Assembly: GCA_965153455.1 (NCBI GenBank)
Contig: OZ234493.1
Span: 27,704,213-27,768,212, forward strand
Reading direction: 5' to 3'
Origin: Sphagnum compactum
Lineage: Eukaryota
DNA: 64,000 bases
The translations under genes and the position numbers were made by a program. The notes beneath the pieces are model-generated. The model was not told the origin of the DNA. It saw only the letters and a list, made by a program, of their open reading frames with translations, and searched no databases. Positions 49,567-60,244 of this stretch are shown in pieces. Each line of letters opens with the position of its first letter. Position 1 is the stretch's first letter.

Positions 49567-52500
49567 AGAGTGAACCAGTATCCACCAGTGCACCAACGGG
49601 GATGGATGGTGCACTAATAGGATCTCTTTTCTATCCCTGTGCCATCAAGTTGACTTTTTTTCTTTGCCCTTTCTCAACCCTAATCAGCCTTGATCTCAAT
49701 TTTATTTGCAACTTTATTTTCTCCCCGCCCCCTTCCCAATTGTCCTTTTCCTTGATTTTTTTTTTGGGAACTTTATTTTCTCCCCGCTCCCCACCCGGTT
49801 TGTTTTTTTTTTTTGCTTTTGAAATTTTTCCCACCCACTGACCTACTACCCCCCTCTATCCCCCATCGACCTACTCACCTATACATTTAAATTAAAAGTA
49901 GACTCTTTCCCATCTACCTACTCGCTTATAAATTTAAAATGTGTTATTCTCATCCCCACCCACCTACCCAGCCCCATCTATTTATCTACCTACCAAACCC
50001 TACCTACCTGGTTGGCATTCCAATAGACCCCCAATGGTTGAAAACGATGAGGAAAAAATAAAATGAAAGTATTGCATGGAACTTGGTCTTGTTCATTGAA
50101 GCAAGTTAATAAGGGCATGATTAAAGTATTTTGTGATGCCCTTATGTAAGGGTATTACAAATAGACATTGTCTATAAACATGATGTTTTAGTGTGTTTTG
50201 AGGGTATCGTAGAATCTTTTGGAAATCCAAAATATGTGAAACCCGGTAATGAAATGAAGGTATTGCAGGTTGTACTCTGAAAATGTTTTCCACAATGGGG
50301 GGTATTACAAAGCCAACACAATTATGCATGTTTTACACATGTTTATCAAACAATTAAACTTAGATTAAACAATTTGATTTGCTTGTTTTAATGGTGTATA
50401 AATAGCAATGTGGATTAGATTTAGCAATATTATGTTTTTATAATTATTTATGTTATTTAGAAATAAGGTTTTAGAATTTTGGGTTATGGAGACAAAAAAC
50501 ATATATGATTTTTTACACCTTTTAAGCCTAATTAAAATCAAACCTAATATGAATTTTGGGAAGAATTTGGCATTTGCACATTTATGCCACAATACATTGT
50601 TTTTCCTCTTTTTTTTAAAGAGAATGGAGAAAGGCTCACATTGGTAGACTAAACTAAGAGGTAAAAAATAAACCATGGCTACCATTCATTTGTTTACTTC
50701 ATTTAGTTTTTCCAAATTAGGGTTTAATTACTGGTTATAATGAAGTTTCATTTAATTTGCGTTTGAATATTGGCTTCAATAGTGACTATGTGCTTTATTT
50801 TTTTTAGGGTCATGTGTAGTTAGTTGTTTCGAATTATCATGGTTCATAGCATCCACCATTGGAATTATTTAAGGTTTAATGTTTATTTCTTTAATGACAT
50901 CCATGTTGATCTATCCATGGATGTGTTTTCATATAAGGCCAAAACCTCATTGAGCATTAGTGGCATTGTCCTTGAACATCATCTGTACAATATTCTCTCT
51001 TAATAAACTCCTTTTTTTTTTCTTTTTTTTTTTGGCTTTTACTTAGGGAATTTTGTTCTTACATATGGATGGTCATGGAAGTATCAATTGCATGTGGGTA
51101 TTGCACATTTTGATTGAAAGCCCTACATATATTCAATTGATTGTCTCGAGGAGGATAGGGAATTATTATATTTACATAAGTCTAAATAACCATAAGATAG
51201 TTACGTGGTTTTTTTTTTTTCATTTGTAAACTATTGCTTGTTTATGGGTTATGGTAAGGTTTAGGGGTTTTGTTGATTAGGGTTTAATGGCTTTGTTGAT
51301 TAAATTTATTATGATTTGTAAACTTATGAAGGTATCCATGGGTTTTCACAAGTTGAGGACTCTTATTACAAGGTTATTTCTTCGACAATTCAAAGCACGG
51401 GGCAAATTCCATTGTCCTAATCCATCAAGATCCAAAACTCACCAAAATCACCTTTCTCGAATGTGGACTTGGTGTGGAAATATGGGTTTAGGCATGGAGG
51501 CCAAAACAAGGTGGCAATTGAAACCACATACATCCCCCATGCTCATGTTTTTGTAGGGTGAACGAAGGAATATGGAAACTACAGTTGAATGGAACATCTC
51601 TAAGAATTTGTCCCTTCAAAAAGATGTAAAAAAACCGATGATAAAAAACCACTTCAAACATACTTGGTATGGTTTCAAAACCTAAAAACCCTTTCCATTT
51701 GTCATTTTTGCAAATTTTAAGGTCAGTCATTCTTGTGTCTTTTGATTTGATTAAGTGGAAACTATGTTTTGTAGGTATGAATGTGGTTACGGGCCAAAGG
51801 ACCACTACAAAGACCCCAACCACATGAGGTCAATCAAGTGCGGTGGTTTGGCCCACTTTTCCATCAAGAGGCTTTACATAGCCAAATGTAGTGGAAATCC
51901 ATTTTTACCATTGGACTCACACTCGAACCAATGGAGATCTTACTCACGGTGCATGTGACCCTGAATCCACATCATGGATGTCGACATATGTTCCACGTGT
52001 GTTTCAAAAGTTGAAAGAGTTGATGTGGACTTAATTAGGGTTAGGATACATCATGAAGCAAATTTATGACAAGCATAAAGGAATTTGGTGGGCATAGATG
52101 AATGCAAGTGAGCAAATGACCAGGGATGATTTCCTACAACTCCAAGATATCACTTATTTGGATCAGAAGCACAAGAGGGGCACTTGGTGCTTGCACAAAA
52201 ACCCAGTGTTTTCCATCCGATCATGATGATCTTTATGCTCATTTTGATGATGTCTTTTATTTCTAGGATGCAAGTGAGGTGAATGGGATTCAGACATAAG
52301 GATCTAGACACCTACGAAGTTTCAGGCCATGTTCTAGTTTTGTCACAACTCGCTTATTTCTATGGATGCCACGTTTGGCACCAATAATGTGAAGTACCAC
52401 CTATTCACATTGATGGCATTTGATTTTCATCACACAGGGGTGCTAGTTGTTTGGGTTATCATGAGTCAACAAATGTGTGAAAACTTGATGGAGTGGTTGA

Positions 52501-54550
52501 GTGCCCTGTGAACAAAGCTTCTTTCATATATGCCACATTGGAAACCATCATGTTTCATTATGGATGATGCCCCACAAGACTTCCAAGCATTGCAATAGGT
52601 TGTACATTGATTTTTTATTTTTTGTTGCATTATCTTATGTTTTGGTATTATGTTAACATGGGGATTTTGTAACATATTTATTGTTCATGGTAAGCACATT
52701 GATGTGGGGTGTACCATGGCAGGATTGTGTGGGGTCAAAACCTATCCCAAATTTTCTTTGCACATGGCATGTGTTGAAAGAGGGCATTTGCGCTCCATGG
52801 AAGAAATCAAAGATTCAAAAGTGAGGCATGCAGTACCTGATCGCCTTCACATAGTGATGTTCATGCCCATCAACCTAGATGAAACCATTGATAATTTCAA
52901 GGCATGTGGGAGGGAGATGGTGGTGGAGAGTTTTGATAACCTACAACCTGGTGTTGCTTGGGCAAGATATTTTTGGGCTTATTAATGCCAACTTCGTAAA
53001 TAAATGGTCCCCCTTTCAAGTATGGCATGTTTTAAAACCTTTTTGCTATGGATGCATTACAAGTTGCATGTTCACTAATGCACCCCCAAACTCCTTGATA
53101 GACTCAACAGCGAGTCCAAAAGTGAAAACAGCAGAAGGATAAAGAGTTGGGGTACACTCCTTGGCTCGCAACACTTTAGGGGTAAAAAGGCATGTTGGAG
53201 CTTCGGGATGGGGACTAAAACGAATGATAAGTGGGTCAATTATTCACACGGACTTGCACAAACCAAACAGCAAATTGGTTAGTGCATAGTTGGAGTAGTT
53301 TTGGTGCACGGACGAACACGAGCAAACACGGACCCACAAAATTCACCACGGCCCGGATTTGGGGAAAGCCACGACCTTCCCCCTTATAGTATTCTCTGTG
53401 CTTAGCCACAGGGCCTACACCCAAATGTCATTTTGTTTCGGGATTCCCAAGTTGGAAGTCTCGAAATTCACGAAATTGGGACTTTCACAACTTTGGAGGC
53501 CTATAACGTTTTTTGTAGACCTCCGATTGAGGTGAGGTTTGAAGCCAAGTTGTAGCCCTCATCAAGAGATTTCCAACAATATGTGTCACGTCACCTGCAC
53601 ACTAGTAAATCAAGGCGATTCCCAACTTTTAGTGGTCGGGAGTCAAATTGGCAATTTGACTCCTGGCCCTTCTTTTAGCCATAACTTATGTTTTAAGTAC
53701 TCAAATGGGTCATACGAGCCCATTTTAGACTTCTCAAGAACTTTCTAATGGTATAAAGAACTTTTCAATTCAATGAGTTTTGACCCTTGCAATTTCCCTC
53801 TGAAGATTGGAGAGTCCATCAAAACTCCAACTCCCAAAGTGGGAGCCCACTTGGGAGTGTGTGGGTTCATTCCCTCACACTCTCCTACGCTCCCGGGAGC
53901 ATGAAATGTGATTTTTGGGCTTCACTTTTGACCTGCACCTTTGCAAGCCTTTGCTTTGGTCGCAAGCCCAAGGCTGGGGTTACGACAATCATTTTTCACA
54001 CATATTCGAATTACATCATGGATTAAAAGTATGTTGTGCATGTCCATGCAGAGCTTTGAATGGTTGGGCTTCATCAGGTGCTGCATGCGAATCAAAACAC
54101 ACAAACTAACATAAAAGTCTTATCACAAAGCTTTGAAACGTTGGTTCTCTCTTGAAACCAAAGGTTTGAAAGGGTGCCACATCATTTGGTTAATGTGGAA
54201 ACTAACCACGACAATGGCATGACATTATATGCACCAAGTTGAGATGAAGAAGCAAGGGTTCATAAAAACCAAGGTCATGGCACAACTTGTGGTGGCAAGT
54301 GTTGACAAAGCTTGTCGAATTCCACACTCCGATGTGATCCCACCTACCTTTAAGGGGGATGATGGTGATGATGTTTGGCGGGTGCAAAACCAACATCATC
54401 TTAGTGTTACTTACAAGATTCATGCCCCTTTCATCAAGTACACAAGTTGTGCCCCTTTCATTGAATATGCAAGTTGCACTTGTGAATGGGCATTGTGAAG
54501 CAACTTTTGCAAACATCAAATTGTTAGTCTATTGACTTGTTGGTACCTTA
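49567..54550 (+). mobile_element. Mutator-like element 2 (paralogue of element 1), heavily decayed, 3' end truncated
   Basis: Same left terminus as 38726. Transposase remnant ~51390-54545: YECGYGPKDHY, RSIKCGG.AHFSIKRLY, MDATFGTN, FIMDDAPQD, CTCEWAL*SNFCKH. Confidence 0.8.
53076..53987. mobile_element. Solo LTR, same family as 14065-14962 (opposite orientation), inside an intron of MULE 2
   Basis: Collinear reverse complement of 14065-14962. Degenerate flanks TTCAC/ATCAT. It lies between the GTAAAT donor (~52997) and the TGCAG acceptor (~54050). Confidence 0.85.
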
Positions 54551-55409
54551 CATGGAGATTGTTGAAGTGACCTATACCAAGTTGCTTGGAATTTTAATGA
54601 TGTCTTGGTAGAGTCCAAGTGGATTTCAAATGGATCTTAAGTGTAATCCATGCTAAACATAGTGGAATATGGGTGGGTTGTAAGTAAAACTCAAGTTGAA
54701 GTGTCATATATACCATGTTGGAATTATCATGAGGTATGTATGGAATCTAGAGTGAACGGGCATAGTGTAATGAATATGGAGCTAAAGTGACATGTATAAG
54801 TGGAATGTATGTGGATTTTACATGGTGTTAAAGTGGAATTATGGTGTAATGCGTGTAAAGGAACAATGGAACATATGTGGGGTGTAAATGCAACTGAAGT
54901 TGTAGTGTCATATATGCCACTTGATGGAATTCTAATGAGTTTTGTATGGAATATTATAAAGTTTGGACCTAAAGTGGATGGGCCGCAAAGTGTAATGGAT
55001 GTGGAGTTGAAGTGAAACACTTGTGGGATGTAAATTCTGGAATGCATGTAAAGCCATAATTATGGAATAAAAATTTGATAGACTTGGCATAATACTTGGG
55101 CTAGTAATTGAGAGATGTGGGTCTAGTTGCAATTTATAAGGTAGCCTACACCTAATTGTTATTTGGATTTATTAATAGTCGGTGTAATTTTACGTTAATT
55201 TATTAGTTGTTGTAACCGAATTATTTCTTTAGAAGGTGGGAATAGACCTTGGGTTAGCAACACAAGTTTCTTTTACATGGATTTTGTTCAAGTGCCTTTC
55301 ACGTCCAAGCTTGGAAACCTAGTGAGTTTTAGGTGGAATGTAGGTGGGACCATAATAGATTAACCATGTGATGCATGTAAACTCATAATGGAAGGTATGT
55401 GGGGCTAAA

Positions 55410-55899
55410 TGTTAGAAATACTATTCGTTTCTAATTCCCAATGTTGATGAATGTGTTAAACATTCATCAAAAGGATGAATAGTATACACATCCTTGTAGT
55501 TGTTAGGTTAGGGTTTAGAAGTGGAGACTACTTAGGGTTTGGCGGCGGCTAGGGTTACGGTTAGGCGGCGGCTAGGTTTAGGGTTTGGTGGCAGCTAGGG
55601 TTAGGCGACGGCTAGGGTTAGGGTTTGGTGGCGGCTAGGTGAGGGTTAAGTGGCGGCTACTTTAGGGTTAGGAGATATTATATAATGGAAAGGTTTTGAA
55701 TTGTCTTTCATTCTTTCCTTTCATGGTTGTTGAGTGCACATAGAACCTTCAAGCTTTGTTAGTTGTTGCAAGCCATAGTTTTATGATTGTAGCATTTGAA
55801 GCATACAACCTTTGTAATCTTTTTTTAGTTAATACAATTGTTCCATTTCATGAACCTTGAGTGTTGCATTTCTTGCTTGTTTTCAAGTTGTTTCCAATA
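55410..55899 (+). mobile_element. 5' LTR (490 bp) of Copia copy A
   Basis: TGTTAGAAA...TTTCCAATA. Near-identical to 57313-57802 and 59748-60236 on the minus strand. Followed directly by the PBS. Confidence 0.95.
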
Positions 55900-55912
55900 G
55901 GTTATGGGCCCA
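55900..55912 (+). promoter_or_regulatory. Primer binding site of half-tRNA(iMet) type
   Basis: GGTTATGGGCCCA abuts the LTR end and is the same type as the Drosophila copia PBS. Confidence 0.85.
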
Positions 55913-56567
55913 CACCAAGCAAGAGAAAGGACATTGTGTTAGAACAAGAAGTAGTGAAAGGTTTGAGCTTGTATTGCATAGGAAAAAGGAGAGAATCCTT
56001 TTGAGACAAGGTTCTTAGTTTGCAAAGGGAGAGAGAGTTCATTTCCAAGTGGTGCCATACAAGGAGCTTGCAACTTTTCCAAGTGAGTGGGAGGTGTGGA
56101 AGAGACTTCTTCAAAGTGTTGTAAGTTCTTAAGTGTGGAACAGTGTTCTTCAAGTCTTTAAGTTTCAAGTTTGAAGTTCAAAAGTGTGAAAGAGAGTTCT
56201 TCAAGTTTTTGAGGCTTCCAACATTAAAGTTTGAGGTGTAAGAGAAGTTTTTCAAGTTTCTTGTAAAGGTTTTTAGGAAACTTGTTTCGTTTAAGTTTTT
56301 TGAAAGTGTTTGCTTGTACAACATAGAAAGGGAGAATCCTTTTGAGGGAAGGCTTTTAGTTTGCAAGGTTGCAAAGAGAATAGTCTTACAAGTGAGTGAG
56401 AGGTGTGGAAGAGACTTCTTCAAGGTGTTGTAAGTTTTTCAAGTGTGAAAAACTTGTTTTTGAAAGTATCAAGTTTCAAGTGAAAGTGTTTGGAAGAGAG
56501 TTTTTTAAGTTGTTGAAAACTTCAACTTTCAAGTTTGAGAGTGTTTGTTGTAGCATTTGTGTTCAAA

Positions 56568-57025
56568 ATGTCTTCTTTTCAAATGGAGTCCTTGAAAGTC
56601 ATGGAGAAGTTTGATGGTGGCAACTTTCACCTTTGGAAGTTTAAAATGTGCATGATGCTTTCCAAACATGGGCTTTGGAAATTTGTTGATGAGAGTGCCA
56701 CCTTGCCAAGTGAAGAAGTTGCAAGGGCTGATTACAATGAAAAAGAGACGAAGGCTTTTGCATTGCTTTGTGAACATCTCACGGATGCCCAACTTGCACA
56801 CATTCAATATTGTGACAATGTGAGAAGTGCAAGGGAAGCTCTTTGTGGTGTGCATGAAGCTAAGACCATTGGCAACAAGTTGTTCCTTCGAAGGAGATTC
56901 TTCACCATCAAAATGCAAGAAGGAGATCACATGCTTGTGCACATCAACACGGTGAAAGCCCTTGCGGACCAACTACGTTCTATCGAGGTGAACATTACGG
57001 ATAAAGATGTTTACATGGTACTCCT
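56568..57025 (+). pseudogene. Copia gag N-terminus (copy A), interrupted by copy B
   Basis: MSSFQMESLKVMEKFDGGNFHLWKFKM...LFLRRRFFTIKMQEG. It breaks at ...GTACTCCT|TGTTAGAAA. Confidence 0.9.
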
Positions 57026-57312
57026 TGTTAGAAATACTATTTGTTTCTAATTCCCAATGTTGATGAATGTGTTAAACATTCATCAAAAGGATGAATAGTA
57101 TACACATCCTTGTAGTTGTTTGGTTAGGGTTTAGAAGTGGAGACTACTTAAGGTTTAGCGGCGGCTAGGGTTACGGTTAGGCGGCGGCTAGGTTTAGGGT
57201 TTGGTAGCGGCTAGGGTTAGGCGACGGCTAGGGTTAAGGTTTGGTGGCGGCTACTTCAGGGTTAGGAGATATTATATAATGGAAAGGTTTTGAATTGTCT
57301 TTCATTGTCTTT
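57026..57312 (+). mobile_element. Partial 5' LTR of Copia copy B, inserted in gag of A and itself interrupted by copy C
   Basis: Starts at the exact LTR terminus TGTTAGAAATAC and lacks one G-rich repeat unit relative to LTR A. Confidence 0.9.
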
Positions 57313-58199
57313 TATTGGAAACAACTTGAATACAAGCAAGAAATGCAACACTCAAGGTTCATGAAATGGAACAATTGTATTAACTAGAAGAAGATTACAA
57401 AGGTTGTATGCTTCAAATGCTACAATCATAAAACTATGGCTTGCAACAACTAACAAAGCTTGAAGGTTCTATGTGCACTCAACAACCATGAATAGAAGGA
57501 ATGAATGACAACTCAAAACCACTCCATTATATAATATCTCCTAACCCTAAAGTAGCCGCCACTTAACCCTAACCTAGCCGCCACCAAACCCTAACCCTAG
57601 CCGCCGCCTAACCCTAGCCGCCACCAAACCCTAAACCTAGCCGCCGCCTAACCCTAACCCTAGCCGCCGCCAAACCCTAAGTAGTCTCCATTTCTAAACC
57701 CTAACCTAACAACTACAAGGATGTGTATACTATTCATCCTTTTGATGAATGTTTAACACATTCATCAACATTGGAAATTAGAAACGAATAGTATTTCTAA
57801 CACTCCCACTCTATGAAATTTCTAATCCGAACATGTTTATCAACTTATGATGTCGTTTTTTAGATAATGCCTTAGTAAGGACATCCGCCACCATGTGTTC
57901 CGTTGGACAATATTCAAATCCTACTTCTCCATTTTCAACTCGTTCTCGAACAAAATGATGTTGTACATCAATGTGTTTTGTTCGTGCATGGTGAGTGGGA
58001 TTCTTGGTCAATGATATCGCACCTTGATTGTCGCATCGAATCACCATCATTTTCTTCTCCTCCATGTAACCCAAATCCATCATCAATTTTGTTATCCATA
58101 CGGCTTCTTTTGTGGCTTGCATGTTCGCCATGTATTCCGCCTCCGTGGTGGACAATGCTATTGTGGGTTGTCGTTTGCTACTCCAAGAAATCGCTCCAC
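57313..58199 (-). mobile_element. Copia copy C: 3' LTR (57313-57802), PPT and RNase H end (57811-58199); remainder deleted
   Basis: Complete LTR, PPT AGAGTGGGAG and STTEAEY...CDNQGAI...HARTKHIDVQHHFVRE...ADVLTKAL. Confidence 0.92.
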
Positions 58200-58217
58200 G
58201 ATTTCTGTAAGGTCAAC

Positions 58218-59747
58218 GATGTTTACATGGTACTTCTCATGAGCCTTCTTCCTTCCTTTGATAACTTAGTCACAAGCTTGGAATCCATGTCCACCAAAGA
58301 TGTAGACCTTCAATTCATTGTCGCAAGGTTGCTTCACGAAGTGTCCAAAAGAAAAGAATGTGAGAGTTCCGAGACTACCGCATTAGTGAACAAAACCCAC
58401 AAGTCAAACGAGAAGCTTTGTTGCTATTGTAAGAAACCCGGACATTTTGTGAGAAATTGTTTGAAGAAGAAAAATGATGAAAAAGAAAAGGCCAATCAAG
58501 CTTGTGAAGATCATGAGCAAATGTTTGTTGCCGCATTGAGTGCCAATGATCATACCACGTATGATTGGATTGTTGATTCGGGTGCAACGCAACACATGAC
58601 ATTCGAACAAGAATGGTTTACCACGTGCGAGCACATTTCCCCAAGGAAGGTGTTCATGGGCGATGACACCGTTTTGGAGGCCGTCAGCAAGGGGAGCATC
58701 AAAGCCACAATGCAAGTGGGAGGCAAATTGTCCCACGCAACCATGACCCAAGTTCTTCATGTTCCAAAAATGAAGAATAGTCTCATTTCCGTGAGTAAGC
58801 TCATTTCCGAAGGTTTCAAAGTTGAGTTTGACAAGGATGGTTGTAAGGTGAATGATGCTCGAGGAGTTGTTGTGGCGGAAGCACGAAGGGACAAGAACTT
58901 GTACCTCCTAAATGTCAAGGTGCACAAGGACATGGCGCACATCGCAAATTCTTCGGAGGAAAGTGCCATGCTTTGGCATGAAAGACTTGGCCATCTCAAC
59001 ATGGCAAGCCTCAAGGAGTTGGATGCCATGGTGGACGGCATGAATTTGAAGGAAGTGCCCTTGCATCACATTTGTGAAGGATGCATCAAAGGCAAACATA
59101 AAAAAACATCATTTCCCAAGGATGGAGCAACAAGGGCCTCACAACTTTTGGAGATTGTGCACACCGATGTGTGCGGGCCAATGAGGACTAGATCGCATGG
59201 TGGAGCGCGATACTGTCTCACTTTCATTGATGATTTGTCAAGGAGAACTCATGTCTATTTTTTGAAGGCCAAAGGAGAAGTGTTTGAGAAATTCAAACAA
59301 TACAAGGCGTTGGTGGAGAACGAAATTGGTCACATAATCAAAGTGCTACGATCGGACAACGGAGGAGAATTCGTGTCCAAGAAGTTTGACACATTTCTTG
59401 CGGAATGTGGAATTCAACGACAAACAAGTGCGCCCTATTCCCCACAACAAAATGGTGTTGCGGAACGTGCCAATAGAATCATCATGGAATGTGCGAGAAG
59501 CATGATTCTTGCACAAGGGTTAGGACTTGAATTTTGGGGCGAAGCGGTGAACACGGCCGTGTACATCAAAAATCGATGTCCAACCAAGGCTCTTGATTCC
59601 AAGACCCCTCAAGAAGCATGGAGTGGTAGGAAACCCGATGTGTCTCATTTGAGAGTCTTTGGTTGTAAAGCCTTTGCACATGTTCCCGACGAGAAGAGGA
59701 CCAAATTAGAGTCCAAGTCCATCCCTTGTGTGTTTTTAGGATATCAT
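58218..59747 (+). pseudogene. Copia gag-protease-integrase segment (copy B or A), interrupted by copy D
   Basis: CCYCKKPGHFVRNC, WIVDSGATQHM, LWHERLGH, CEGC, HTDVCGP, LRSDNGGEF and QQNGVAER. It breaks at CVFLGY|LTR. Confidence 0.92.
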
Positions 59748-60244
59748 TATTGGAAACAACTTGAATACAAGCAAGAAATGCAACACTCAAGGTTCATGAA
59801 ATGGAACAATTGTATTAACTAAAAGAAGATTACAAAGGTTGTATGCTTCAAATGCTACAATCATAAAACTATGGCTTGCAACAACTAACAAAGCTTGAAG
59901 GTTCTATGTGCACTCAACAACCATGAAAGGAAGGAATGAAAGACAACTCAAAACCACTCCATTATATAATATCTCCTAACCCTAAGTAGCCGCCACTTAA
60001 CCCTAACCTAGCCGCCACCAAACCCTAACCCTAGCCGCCGCCTAACCCTAGCCGCCACCAAACCCTAAACCTAGCCGCCGCCTAACCCTAACCCTAGCCG
60101 CCGCTTAACCCTAAGTAGTCTCCACTTCTAAACCCTAACCTAACAACTACAAGGATGTGTATACTATTCATCCTTTTGATGAATGTTTAACACATTCATC
60201 AACATTGGGAATTAGAAACGAATAGTATTTCTAACACTCCCACT

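Noticed and set aside
55505-55672. True telomere or interstitial telomeric array
   Set aside because: The motifs are interleaved with GGCGGC and are an integral part of every LTR copy.
57903-58217. N-terminal ~105 aa of the 639-aa ORF as a novel domain fused to gag-pol
   Set aside because: It is the antisense strand of the RNase H of copy C plus junction filler. The same peptide appears at 60337.
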